DNA from: a virus
DNA: 64,000 nt
IMG/VR virus record: IMGVR_UViG_3300027631_000014
Span: 12,809-76,808 of that record
Direction: 5' to 3' (one strand)
Position 1 is the stretch's first letter, and every line of letters starts with the position of its first letter. Shown one piece after another: positions 1 through 10,145 of the stretch. The notes beneath the pieces were generated by a model. It had not been told where the DNA came from and ran no database searches. It saw only the letters and a program-made list of their open reading frames with translations. The translations under genes and the position numbers were made by a program.

Positions 1-2
1 CA

Positions 3-1364
3 ACATCAGTAGCATCTGGGTTAGTTACTTTATCTGGATCGTATGGAGATGTATCAGGTGATTATCTAGCAGGAAATTATTTATATCTAAACGATGCTGA
101 TTATGATGCTGCATATGGTATTAGTAGTTTTGCAATTGACTCTGCAACATTCAATGGAACTGAAACCGAAGTACTTTTAGTAGATGTAAGTGTTGGCACT
201 ACAACAGCAGTAGTAGGAAATCTAAATCTTCTATCAATTAATTGGGCTGGCGATCAAACATATAAAGGCGACTATTCACACGCAGAAGGCGTTAGTACAC
301 GAGCCTTAGGTACTTATTCACACGCTGAAGGTGAAGCGGGACAAACAGTAGGAGGTGGTTCCCATGTTGAAGGTTATAGTACAATAACAATAGGACCATA
401 TTCACACGCAGAAGGAAATGCTACAATAGCGATAGGACTGTATTCTCATGCTGAAGGTTTAAGTACTTTAGCGTCAGGTTCATATTCACACACTGAAGGA
501 AATTCAACTCAAACAATAGGTAACTCTTCACACGCTGAAGGTAGACTAACAACAGCTCTAGGTGAATATTCACACGCTGAAGGAAATGGTTCTCTAGCAA
601 TAGGATCCTATTCTCATGCTGAAGGTAATTCAACTCAAGCAATTGGTGATTTCTCTCATGCAGAAGGAGAAAGTACAATAGCATCAGGATCTTTCCAACA
701 CGTATCAGGCAAATTCAATACTCATGGAGATGACACTTCATTATTCATAATAGGTAATGGAGTAGATGATGCAACTAGATCAGATGTATTTAGAGTATCT
801 GGTTCATCAGTGCAAGTAACTGGTTCATTAATTGTAAATGACGGAACATATGAATCAATTAACACTACTACAAGAGAGTTAGTAGATGATGCTGGTATTA
901 TCGCAGTTAATTGGCAAACTACTATCGCGGGATCTGAAAGAACATTATTTGATGATACAGGCCTAGAGTCGCTAAAATGGAATTCACGTAAACTCTTTGA
1001 TGAGTCTAGCAACTTGTCAATTGACTGGGGTAATGCAGGTTCTGGTGATTCTAGAAATTTAAAAGACTCGGATGGTGTTAGTACAATATTAAATTGGGAT
1101 ACAACCACAGCTGCAGGTGCCTGGTTTTCCGGTTCTTTAATAGGAACGGCATCATATGCTCTAACAGCATCTTTTGCTTTAAATGGTGGTGGCTCTACAG
1201 ATACTGGTTCCTTACTAACAACAGCCTCAATATCATTAAATACAATTACTTTTACAAAAGGAGATGGAAGTACATTCCCAATCACTGTAGACACAGGATC
1301 AGGTGGTGGAGGTGGAGGAAGCAGTGCAACATCAAACTTATTTAATTACTATAACTTTATATAA
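3..1364 (+). CDS. Tail fibre/adhesin-like virion protein with YadA-head-like SHAEG repeats (5' end outside window)
   Basis: Frame 3 is open from the window start into the listed 810..1364 ORF; ten 14-aa repeats (xSH[A/V/T]EG), then IIGNG, and a TGS/TAS-rich C-terminus. Confidence 0.75.
   Translation, partial: TSVASGLVTLSGSYGDVSGDYLAGNYLYLNDADYDAAYGISSFAIDSATFNGTETEVLLVDVSVGTTTAVVGNLNLLSINWAGDQTYKGDYSHAEGVSTRALGTYSHAEGEAGQTVGGGSHVEGYSTITIGPYSHAEGNATIAIGLYSHAEGLSTLASGSYSHTEGNSTQTIGNSSHAEGRLTTALGEYSHAEGNGSLAIGSYSHAEGNSTQAIGDFSHAEGESTIASGSFQHVSGKFNTHGDDTSLFIIGNGVDDATRSDVFRVSGSSVQVTGSLIVNDGTYESINTTTRELVDDAGIIAVNWQTTIAGSERTLFDDTGLESLKWNSRKLFDESSNLSIDWGNAGSGDSRNLKDSDGVSTILNWDTTTAAGAWFSGSLIGTASYALTASFALNGGGSTDTGSLLTTASISLNTITFTKGDGSTFPITVDTGSGGGGGGSSATSNLFNYYNFI
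268..700 (+). repeat. Coding tandem repeat, about 42-bp period (10 x SHAEG)
   Basis: tc(a/t)ca(c/t)gc(t/a)gaagg recurs every 42 bp and translates in frame. Confidence 0.85.
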
Positions 1365-1376
1365 AAACAAAACAAT

Positions 1377-1814
1377 ATGGCAGCAAATACAACACCAATA
1401 TTTACATTAGTAGCTAACAAAGGTATTAATACCGGACTTAGATTAACAACAGCAAACACAACACGTGATTTATCAACCACTACAAATGGTGGTTTACTAT
1501 TTACAGCAGGAGCAAGTGGTAGTAGAGTAGAAGCAATTGATTTTGTACACTCAGCGGCATCACAAACTCAAGCATCTATTGCGTCAGTAGGTAGAGTATT
1601 CTTATGTGATAGTGCAATTGGAGGAAGTCCAAGATTAATAAAAGAAATTGCTTTAACAGCAGTAACTCCATCAGCAATTGCAATAGGAGCAACATTCACA
1701 GTAACATTCACAACACCTTTGTTTTTAGCAACTGGTGAACATTTATGGGCAACAATTAGTGCTACACAAACAACAGGTCAATATGACATTAACTGTTATG
1801 GTGGAGATTATTAA
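1377..1814 (+). CDS. Putative virion/tail-fibre-associated protein
   Basis: 145 aa, Thr/Ala-rich beta-type sequence, MAANTTPIF start, within fibre gene block. Confidence 0.55.
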   Translation: MAANTTPIFTLVANKGINTGLRLTTANTTRDLSTTTNGGLLFTAGASGSRVEAIDFVHSAASQTQASIASVGRVFLCDSAIGGSPRLIKEIALTAVTPSAIAIGATFTVTFTTPLFLATGEHLWATISATQTTGQYDINCYGGDY

Positions 1815-1833
1815 TAAATAAAAAATAAAAATT

Positions 1834-2076
1834 ATGACTTATAAAATTTTAAGTACTCAAGCAAACGAAGAAACAATTACAACAACTGTTGAATATAATT
1901 TTGATGATGTAATGGTAACAGTAGATATTCCACATTTTATGCCTCAAAGTGAAAGTGATATAGAAACAGGAATATTAAATAGAGCTATGAGTGAAAAAAG
2001 AAAACTTGATGCTATCGAATTAAACAAAACAATATTAACAAGTATTATAATTGGAGAAGAAAAACCTATTCAATAG
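1834..2076 (+). CDS. Hypothetical protein (possible fibre assembly chaperone)
   Basis: 80-aa ORF with A-rich start context between fibre genes. Confidence 0.5.
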   Translation: MTYKILSTQANEETITTTVEYNFDDVMVTVDIPHFMPQSESDIETGILNRAMSEKRKLDAIELNKTILTSIIIGEEKPIQ

Positions 2077-2078
2077 TT

Positions 2079-2234
2079 ATGAAACCATTATTTTGTAATA
2101 AATGTCATAAGAGAATTGTTCCACCTAAATTTTTAATGGGGCAAAATATTAATGTACAAAATGCTATGACTTTAAATTGTGGAGATCCAAAATGTACAGG
2201 TCATGTAAAATATTTACCAACTAAAAAAGATTAA
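2079..2234 (+). CDS. Small zinc-ribbon protein (51 aa, not in ORF track)
   Basis: MKPLFCNKCHKR...NCGDPKCTGHVKY: CxxC and CxxxxC; GTTATG start; fills the gap between neighbours. Confidence 0.6.
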   Translation: MKPLFCNKCHKRIVPPKFLMGQNINVQNAMTLNCGDPKCTGHVKYLPTKKD

Positions 2235-2238
2235 GTAA

Positions 2239-5200
2239 ATGGCTATAAGAACTGTATCAAATACTGGAGGTAACTGGAATGCAACCGCTACTTGGGTTGG
2301 TGGAGTAGTTCCTAGTGCTACATTAGATACTGTTGCATTTACAGCAACATCTGGACAATTAACAATCAATGTAGCCTCAACTTGTATAGGTATTAATTTT
2401 ACTAATTATGTTAATACTATAACTTTTACCGCATTACTTACAATTAACGGCCCAGTTAACTTAGGTACAGGTGGATACACACAAGCTGGTGCATCAGGAA
2501 TACAAGCAGGTACAACAGCAACACATACAAGTGGAGGTGTAACTTGGAGTAGACTATGGACTTTTGCTGGAACCTCACAAACACACACATTATCTGGAAC
2601 TTGGACATTCACAGGTACGTTAAATTTTAGTGCTACAACGGCAATGACTTTAACTGGTAGTACAATTAATACAACTAGGTTAACTGTAACAACTACTGCT
2701 ACAACATCTGGAACAACAGCAATTGTGTTTAATGGGACAGGGACTTGGTCACACACCGCTGCTGGTATTATTCAAAACAATATTACAATTAATACCGCTG
2801 GAACATTAACAATAGGTACCAATATTTACTATAATACAGGAACACTTACTTATACGTTAGGAACAGTAAACACAACAACTAATAGTAGTATTTTAAATAT
2901 TTCTGCCTCAACTACATTATCAACAGGAATCATATCTTGGAGTAGTCTTATAGTATCAGCAGCAGCAACCATTACTTTAGGAGCTAACTTAAAAGTATCA
3001 TCTGCTTTTACAATGACCACCGGTGGTTATGCAGTAACTATTACACCTGGAGCATTTGCTGTAAATTTTTCAACTGCAAATGTTACTATTGGTAATACAA
3101 ACTCAGGAGCGACAACTTTTACTTATAACGGTACAATAACTTGTGTTAATTTTACAGTAGTTGCTGGGAATGCAACTAGTGGTACTTTAAATGGTACAAC
3201 ATATAATATCACAGGAAATTTCACAATAAACACATTTGGTACTGGTGGTTCAGTAGCTGGAACATCTACAATAAATCTTACAGGTACAGGTACAGTACAA
3301 CAACTTAACTCGGGAGTATATGCAGTACCAGTAACTAATAATTTTACTATAAACACATCTGGTACTATAACATTTTTATCTGGTACTAGATTTTTTTATC
3401 AAACAGGAATATTCACCTATACTGCAGGTACAGTTATAACAACTAACACTACATTAGGTATATTAGGTTCTTGTACATTAAATACTGATATGGGAGCAAC
3501 ACAAATAAATTGGGTTAATGTTACTTCCTTTGCCACAGCAACTATAACGTTAACTAGCAACCTAAACATAACTAATTTAACAGTTAGTTCAGGCATTCTG
3601 AGTTTTACTTTAGGTGTAAATAATTTGTTAATTTCCGGAAATTTAACTATGAATAGTAATTCTAGTCTTAATACACCACAAAATTTACAAATAGTAAATC
3701 TTACATTAGGAAGTGGAACTGCTACAGGAGCGTTTATGAACGGCCTTTTCACAATATCAGTATCAGGTAATTTAACTCAAAATACTGGTAATCAAGCATG
3801 TGGAGGAACAACAACTATTCAATTAAATGGGACAGGAACTTGGAGTAATGCAAGTACTGGTACTTTAAATAATAATTTAATATTTAATACATCAGGTATT
3901 ATAACTTTAGGCGCAAACATTTACTATATTGCCGGGACACTCACTTACACAGCAGGTACAGTTACAACTACTGGTAATACTCTAAATATAACTGGTGCGG
4001 CAACTTTAAATACAAATGTGTTAAATTGGAATAATATAATTATTAGTGGTGGTTCATCAACAATAACAAGTAACTTAAATATTTTAGGAAATTTAACTAT
4101 ATCAACTACCTCTACAGCAGTTAATGGTTTATTTAACATTAATGTTGGAGGTAATTTAACAATTAATATTTCAATGGGTGGAACAGCAACAATAGTGTTA
4201 AATGGTACAGGGACATGGTCACATGGAGCCGCTTTTTATCTATCAAACCCACTAATATTCAATACAAGTGGTACAATTACAATAAGTGGTACTGTTTATT
4301 TTAGTAGTGTCGGTTCTATAATATACACAGCAGGGACAGTTATATCAAACGGTAGTACCTTACAAACAAACGCAGGAACAATATCCACAGGCACTATGTT
4401 ATGGAATAATATACTATTTGCAACTAATGGTTCTAGTGTAATGTCTATTGGTTCTAATTTATATGTAAATGGTACATTTACAATAGGAGGTAATGGAACA
4501 GTTAGTGGAACATTTAATATCTATTGTAATAACTTTACTATAAATAATAGTACATCAGGAGGATCTGTAGTTGCAGCGACAATGTCTCAAATTGTCTATG
4601 TTTATAATACATTAACATTTGGTTTTTCATCCAGCGGTACAGGTTCAAATGGTGCTACATTTTATGTAAATGGAAATTTAGCATTAGGTAATGGTGGTGC
4701 AAATGGAGGGACATCACAAGTAATAATGACTGGTACTGGAACCGTAAGTGGAACAAATAATTTCGCACATCCATTAACTATTAACTCATCGGGTGTTATA
4801 ACATTTTCTACTACATTTACTATAAGTAGTACCTTTACTTACACTTCAGGTATTGTTAAAGCTAATACAACAACATTAACATGTGCACCAGCTTCTGGAC
4901 AAACACTTATAGGTATGAATAAAATAGCATGGAAAGCTGTAGTTTTAACATCTGGTCAAACATTTACAATGAATGAGTTTTTTAGTGGAAGTCCTAGTGT
5001 AAGAACCAATATTACTCCATCATCAACAACAAACTACATAATCACATTCCAAGACAGATTTGAAAAATTCTCTAAATTTGTAAAAGTAAATAGAGCAACA
5101 ATATCAACACCAGGACAACTAACAGTAACAACGTATAAAGGAAATCAATTAAATAACGTAGGTATAAAGTTTGCTCCTAATAACATAAACAATGGACTAG

Positions 5201-5283
5201 CTAAAAACAACCCTAGTGTTCAACCAACCCCTACATACGGATTACAACCAACTTTTCTAATGGCAGATCCTACTTTAAGTTAA
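2239..5283 (+). CDS. Large Thr/Gly/Asn-rich beta-solenoid fibre/adhesin protein
   Basis: 1014 aa; GGNWNATATWVGGVVP N-terminus; five internal repeats of GTGT...(I/F)N(T/S)xG...Y(T)xGxV; very few charged residues. Confidence 0.7.
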   Translation: MAIRTVSNTGGNWNATATWVGGVVPSATLDTVAFTATSGQLTINVASTCIGINFTNYVNTITFTALLTINGPVNLGTGGYTQAGASGIQAGTTATHTSGGVTWSRLWTFAGTSQTHTLSGTWTFTGTLNFSATTAMTLTGSTINTTRLTVTTTATTSGTTAIVFNGTGTWSHTAAGIIQNNITINTAGTLTIGTNIYYNTGTLTYTLGTVNTTTNSSILNISASTTLSTGIISWSSLIVSAAATITLGANLKVSSAFTMTTGGYAVTITPGAFAVNFSTANVTIGNTNSGATTFTYNGTITCVNFTVVAGNATSGTLNGTTYNITGNFTINTFGTGGSVAGTSTINLTGTGTVQQLNSGVYAVPVTNNFTINTSGTITFLSGTRFFYQTGIFTYTAGTVITTNTTLGILGSCTLNTDMGATQINWVNVTSFATATITLTSNLNITNLTVSSGILSFTLGVNNLLISGNLTMNSNSSLNTPQNLQIVNLTLGSGTATGAFMNGLFTISVSGNLTQNTGNQACGGTTTIQLNGTGTWSNASTGTLNNNLIFNTSGIITLGANIYYIAGTLTYTAGTVTTTGNTLNITGAATLNTNVLNWNNIIISGGSSTITSNLNILGNLTISTTSTAVNGLFNINVGGNLTINISMGGTATIVLNGTGTWSHGAAFYLSNPLIFNTSGTITISGTVYFSSVGSIIYTAGTVISNGSTLQTNAGTISTGTMLWNNILFATNGSSVMSIGSNLYVNGTFTIGGNGTVSGTFNIYCNNFTINNSTSGGSVVAATMSQIVYVYNTLTFGFSSSGTGSNGATFYVNGNLALGNGGANGGTSQVIMTGTGTVSGTNNFAHPLTINSSGVITFSTTFTISSTFTYTSGIVKANTTTLTCAPASGQTLIGMNKIAWKAVVLTSGQTFTMNEFFSGSPSVRTNITPSSTTNYIITFQDRFEKFSKFVKVNRATISTPGQLTVTTYKGNQLNNVGIKFAPNNINNGLAKNNPSVQPTPTYGLQPTFLMADPTLS

Positions 5284-5320
5284 TATTTACTTTTACCATA
5301 TTTATAATAAAATATAAATC

Positions 5321-6457
5321 ATGGCTAACATTCCTATATATCCAGGTAGCTCGTCGTTTTTTCCAGGTAACACACCCTTTGGATTTTACGACAATGACTA
5401 TCAATTCCAAGTTGATGCAGATAAAGTAACTACTTTTTGTGCTCGAAGACTAGGATACCCTATTATGGATGTTGAATTACAAGATTTAAATTTCTACACA
5501 GCATTTGAAGAATCAATTACTATTTATGGAAATGAATTATATGCATTTCAAGTAAGAGATAACTTATTAAATGTAATTGGTGCTCCTACCTCATCAAATA
5601 TGAATCACGCAATCATAACTCCATCAATGGCTGGTGTTATTAGATTATCGCAGCAATATGCCTCAGAAGCAGGAACAGGAGGAAATGTAAATTGGTATAG
5701 TGGTTCAATTGAAATGACTAATTACCAACAAGATTACGATTTAGGAGCTTGGGCAATAGAAAACAACATAACAGGAGGAATAGAAATAAAAAGAATATTC
5801 TGGCAACCAATTCCAGCAGTTAATCAAGTATACAACTTGAATATGTTCTCAGGATTAGGAGGAGTACCTGCAGTTGGAACTTATGGATTGTTTGGATCAA
5901 CCGGATTTTTAATGTATCCAACAAGTTTATTAGTACAAACAACTCAAGCAGTTGAAATGCAAAACCAAATTTCACTACCTGATTTTACATTTGAATTAAT
6001 AAACAACAAACTAAGAATATTTCCTATTCCAACTCAAGATGGAGATAGAATTTGGTTTCAATATCTTAGTATAGAAGAAAGATTAAATAGTGTTATTGGA
6101 AATGCACCTGGAGCAGTAACTAATGCCTCAAATGCTAACTTTACAAATCCAAAATATACACAAATTAATTCAATTGGTAGACAATGGATATTTGAATATA
6201 CATTAGCATTATGTAAAGAAATGTTAGGATATGTTCGTGGAAAATACACTCAAGTACCTATTCCTGGTAAAGAAATTACTTTAAATCAATCAGACTTAAT
6301 TACAGCTGCAACAGCAGAAAAAACATTATTGATTGATAGGTTAAGAGTATATTTTGATGAAACTTCAAATCAAAAATTATTAGAAAGAAAACAAGCAGAA
6401 TCAGTAGCTCGTCAAAGTGAATTAGGACAATCACCAATGACAATTTTTATAGGATAA
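5321..6457 (+). CDS. Neck protein (T4 gp13-like)
   Basis: RRLGYPIMDVEL N-terminal motif, WIFEYTLALCKEMLGYVRGKY..PG..ITLN motif, terminal PMTIFIG; position ahead of tail genes. Confidence 0.8.
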   Translation: MANIPIYPGSSSFFPGNTPFGFYDNDYQFQVDADKVTTFCARRLGYPIMDVELQDLNFYTAFEESITIYGNELYAFQVRDNLLNVIGAPTSSNMNHAIITPSMAGVIRLSQQYASEAGTGGNVNWYSGSIEMTNYQQDYDLGAWAIENNITGGIEIKRIFWQPIPAVNQVYNLNMFSGLGGVPAVGTYGLFGSTGFLMYPTSLLVQTTQAVEMQNQISLPDFTFELINNKLRIFPIPTQDGDRIWFQYLSIEERLNSVIGNAPGAVTNASNANFTNPKYTQINSIGRQWIFEYTLALCKEMLGYVRGKYTQVPIPGKEITLNQSDLITAATAEKTLLIDRLRVYFDETSNQKLLERKQAESVARQSELGQSPMTIFIG

Positions 6458-6458
6458 T

Positions 6459-6971
6459 ATGGCAATTTTTGGATCAAGTAGAGACGCATCATTCCTAAGA
6501 GGAATGAGTAGAGAGGTAATGGGAAACGTTATCTCACAACAATGTGCTTTTTACAAATACAAACTATCAGAAACTGTTATAAACATGTATGGAGAATCTT
6601 CAGGAGGTAAATTTTTTGGAGGTCCTATTTTGTTTAATGCTTTAATAACTATTGGAGATAATGTGAGTCCAACAAGTGAATTAGGTGTAAACTTTGATTG
6701 GCCTATGTCATTTTCATTTTTAAGAGATGATTTAGTAGATGCAAACGTGCATCCTGAAGTAGGAGACGTTATATTATATCAAGAAAGTTATTGGGAAGTA
6801 GATAATACAATTATAGGACAATTCTGGGGAGGTAAAGATCCTGATTATCCAATGGAACCAAATCCATTAAATCCTGGATTAGCAGAGTTTGGATATAATG
6901 TTTCTGTGATATGTGAATGTCATTACGTGCCAGCTGATAGGTTAAATATTATTAGAACAAGATTATTATAA
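6459..6971 (+). CDS. Neck/head-closure protein (gp14-like)
   Basis: NMYGES and PEVGDVILY..YWEV motifs; follows gp13-like gene. Confidence 0.65.
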   Translation: MAIFGSSRDASFLRGMSREVMGNVISQQCAFYKYKLSETVINMYGESSGGKFFGGPILFNALITIGDNVSPTSELGVNFDWPMSFSFLRDDLVDANVHPEVGDVILYQESYWEVDNTIIGQFWGGKDPDYPMEPNPLNPGLAEFGYNVSVICECHYVPADRLNIIRTRLL

Positions 6972-7882
6972 TGGCTAAAAATAGTAGAACACCCATTCCA
7001 AAAACTCAAAGAGAACTTAGTATTGAACAACACACTGCTTATAGTTCTGAGGTAGGAAATCCTAATACGTCAAATGATCTTAATAGAGGAAATCAAATTT
7101 CTTTTAATGGAGATTCTACTAAACCGTTTTCAATAGGAATTCAAGATATTGATGAGGCAGTTTTTTACTATTTTAAAAATGTAATTAAACCATTTGTTTT
7201 ACAAAATGGAGAAAGAATAGAAGTACCTATTATTTATGGTTCACCTGAAAAGTGGGCTTCATTTCAAAAGTCAGGATACTTTAGAGATTCTCAAGGTAGA
7301 ATTATGATGCCAATCATCATGTTCAAAAGAGACAATGTAGAAAAAGTAAGATCAATTGCAAATAAATTAGATGCAAACAATCCACACAACATATCAATAG
7401 TTAAAAAATCATATTCGTCTAAAAATGCATATGACAATTTTAGTGTATTAAATAATGTTAGACCACAAAAAGTAAATTATGCAGTTGTAGTCCCAGATTA
7501 CATTACTGTAACTTATAGTTGTGCTATCAATACTTATTACATGGATCAGCTAAATAAAATCGTTGAAGCAATTGAATACGCTTCAGATTCATATTGGGGT
7601 GATCCAGCACGTTTTCAGTTTAGAGCGATGATTGATTCGTTTGCTATTAAAGCAGAACTTGCAGATAAAGAGGAAAGAACAGTAAGTAGTACTTTTAATA
7701 TTAAAATGAATGGATACATAATCCCAGACGTAATACAAAAAGATATGACTGCATTAAAGAAAATTCCTGATGTAGTTAAAGTAGTAGTAAGTGAGCAAAT
7801 AATGGGAGAAAATGGGGGAGGAAATAACTATACCCCAGTATATAGATCATTTGATGATTCATTTAATAATTCATTTGGATAA
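6971..7882 (+). CDS. Tail terminator/sheath stabiliser (gp15-like)
   Basis: VPIIYGSPEKW, P.Y.TVTY, QLNKIVEAI motifs; synteny. Confidence 0.7.
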   Translation: MAKNSRTPIPKTQRELSIEQHTAYSSEVGNPNTSNDLNRGNQISFNGDSTKPFSIGIQDIDEAVFYYFKNVIKPFVLQNGERIEVPIIYGSPEKWASFQKSGYFRDSQGRIMMPIIMFKRDNVEKVRSIANKLDANNPHNISIVKKSYSSKNAYDNFSVLNNVRPQKVNYAVVVPDYITVTYSCAINTYYMDQLNKIVEAIEYASDSYWGDPARFQFRAMIDSFAIKAELADKEERTVSSTFNIKMNGYIIPDVIQKDMTALKKIPDVVKVVVSEQIMGENGGGNNYTPVYRSFDDSFNNSFG

Positions 7883-7922
7883 CAATATATTTATACTAGA
7901 TAACATACTTATATAATAAAAA

Positions 7923-8846
7923 ATGTCACAACAAACAAAAAATCAACTAACTGTACTTTTAAATACTAATATTACTGATGCTTTAAATAAGCAAAATACC
8001 GCATCAAAAGTAAGACAAGTTATTCAAAGTACTATCGATAGTTTAGGAATACTATCTGGATCAAATTCATTTGTAGGTGATCAAACAATAACTGGATCAT
8101 TAATTGTAAATGGAAATATTATAGAGACACCGTTTTTAAATAATGAGACTAATAATGTTAATTTTATCAGAGCAACTCAAAATATTATCAATCATGGAGA
8201 TTTATTAATACCATTAAATTGTACTTTCATTATAGAAGAAAATGCCCAATATCTTATATTAGGTGAATTAATTAATAATGGAACTGTTATAGTTAGTGGA
8301 AGTTTAATAGCTAACCAAGGAATAACAGGACCAGGTTCGGTAGTAGGTCCTGGAGTTGTTTCAAATAATAACACAATAATAACATTTGATAAAGCAAATC
8401 AAGCTTATGGATTTCCTCAATTAAATAATACAGGATACAGTAATTTAGGATTTAAAAATAATACTGCAAATTTACTTTCAAACTATTCAACAGTAGCAAC
8501 TCGCTTAGATGGTCAACAATCCGTTTATTCAATAGATACAACAGGATGGGATGCTAATACACAATATTTACATTACTACTTACCAGAAGGACAATACGAA
8601 GGACAATCAGTAGAATTAATAGTGACAGGTAATGGGGTTAATTTAGGTATTGGAAACTCAGCCAAAATACAAATATGGATAGATAGTATCCGTAAGCCAG
8701 AATACTATGGACAATTATCAGGAGGACCAGGAGGATGGCAAGCGTTTTCAGATCCTAATGTGCTTGGTAATTGGAGAAAAGATGTTCCAAGAGCAATTTG
8801 GATGAATAATGCATGGACAATTGACAATGACTTTTACTGGGATTAA
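7923..8846 (+). CDS. Putative virion accessory protein
   Basis: SGSNSFVGDQTITGSL fibre-type motif; preceded by ATATTTAT motif. Confidence 0.5.
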   Translation: MSQQTKNQLTVLLNTNITDALNKQNTASKVRQVIQSTIDSLGILSGSNSFVGDQTITGSLIVNGNIIETPFLNNETNNVNFIRATQNIINHGDLLIPLNCTFIIEENAQYLILGELINNGTVIVSGSLIANQGITGPGSVVGPGVVSNNNTIITFDKANQAYGFPQLNNTGYSNLGFKNNTANLLSNYSTVATRLDGQQSVYSIDTTGWDANTQYLHYYLPEGQYEGQSVELIVTGNGVNLGIGNSAKIQIWIDSIRKPEYYGQLSGGPGGWQAFSDPNVLGNWRKDVPRAIWMNNAWTIDNDFYWD

Positions 8847-8895
8847 TTAAAACAAAAATAACTAATATTTATAATAAACAAAAACTAAAAACAAA

Positions 8896-9822
8896 ATGCC
8901 AACTTATATTGAACTTCAACAAAACGGACCGATTCCTACTTCATCACCAGTAGGAACTGTAATTTTATCAGTAAATCAAGGTCAACTTACACTTACAGAT
9001 AATAATGGAATAAATCCATCACAATCATTATATACAACAACTGTAAGAGGACTTTATCCAAGTGCTTCTTTAACAGAGGTGTGGGGTACATATACTGTAA
9101 ATTATATTAAACAAAAAAGTGGTTACCCATCAAATGATGTATTACATGCTGTAGCAATTTGCTCTGATGATGTAGATGCATTTACAGCTACAGGAAATTT
9201 AGGACAATATCCATTATCTATGCAGTCTTTTCTAGGACCATTTATGGCAGGTGGATTAGCAGGATATCCATTTGTAGGATCAGTTGGATTTGGAGCTTAT
9301 GCTTCACATATCACCGATACAGGAACGTTATTTGTATCTTGTACACCACACATAGGAGTTACTTTTACTGGATCTGCAGGATATCAATTCCGTAAAGGTC
9401 AAGCAGCTATATCTACAAACTGTGGAGCAGTTCATGGAGCAGTAGGATTAGTTACAACTGATCCAAATCCACCATCACAATCAAATGCTCCATATGATAA
9501 TGAAAATTATGAATTGTGGAAATTAGCAGATATAATTTATCCATATTCCGCTTCACTTAGTGGTTCAATTAGTGAAAATGTAATGGTGGCTACAGACATA
9601 ATAAGAGAAGCAGGATGGGATTATGTTGTAAACAATTCAAGTTCATTTTTTAGTTCACTTGCAGGTAGAACAATGTATGCAATGAGTGGTATCTTTATTA
9701 ATACAGATTATCAATTTCAAGCATATACTGATGTAACATATTTTGCATCATATAATTCATTAACAGACACTTGGACAGATCTTACACAAGATTATAAAGA
9801 TGGTTTATTTGCTCAAGGATAA
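8896..9822 (+). CDS. LCIB/LCIC-family (theta-class carbonic anhydrase-like) protein with short N-terminal extension
   Basis: ICSDD, GPFMAGGLAGYPFVG, SH, PHIGV, RKGQ...NCGA, GIFINTD match the LCIB family pattern, including the Cys/His/Cys Zn ligands. Confidence 0.8.
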   Translation: MPTYIELQQNGPIPTSSPVGTVILSVNQGQLTLTDNNGINPSQSLYTTTVRGLYPSASLTEVWGTYTVNYIKQKSGYPSNDVLHAVAICSDDVDAFTATGNLGQYPLSMQSFLGPFMAGGLAGYPFVGSVGFGAYASHITDTGTLFVSCTPHIGVTFTGSAGYQFRKGQAAISTNCGAVHGAVGLVTTDPNPPSQSNAPYDNENYELWKLADIIYPYSASLSGSISENVMVATDIIREAGWDYVVNNSSSFFSSLAGRTMYAMSGIFINTDYQFQAYTDVTYFASYNSLTDTWTDLTQDYKDGLFAQG

Positions 9823-9844
9823 TTAAAAAACAAAAATAAAATTT

Positions 9845-10093
9845 ATGACAACAAAAGTTTTGACACAAGAAGAATTACAATTATTAAAATCAATTCAAGA
9901 AAAACGCCTTCAATTAACTGAACAATTTGGTATTATTGAATTAAGATTTCAAGAACTTGAATTACAAAAAGAATTTCTTAAAGAAGAATTAAAAAAGTTA
10001 CGAAAAGAAGAAACTAACATCGGCGAAACTTTACAACAAAAATATGGTGATGGAACAATCAACCTTGAAAAAGGAGAATTTATAGGCGTCTAA
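9845..10093 (+). CDS. Small coiled-coil protein
   Basis: 82 aa, heptad-rich, ends KYGDGTINLEKGEF; directly upstream of sheath. Confidence 0.6.
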   Translation: MTTKVLTQEELQLLKSIQEKRLQLTEQFGIIELRFQELELQKEFLKEELKKLRKEETNIGETLQQKYGDGTINLEKGEFIGV

Positions 10094-10145
10094 TATTTTT
10101 AATGTGTTTTGCTATATTTATAATAAAATTAAATAAACAAACACA

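Noticed and set aside
268-700. 42-bp periodic repeats as a CRISPR array
   Set aside because: Repeats are degenerate at third codon positions and translate as in-frame SHAEG protein repeats; there is no repeat-spacer structure
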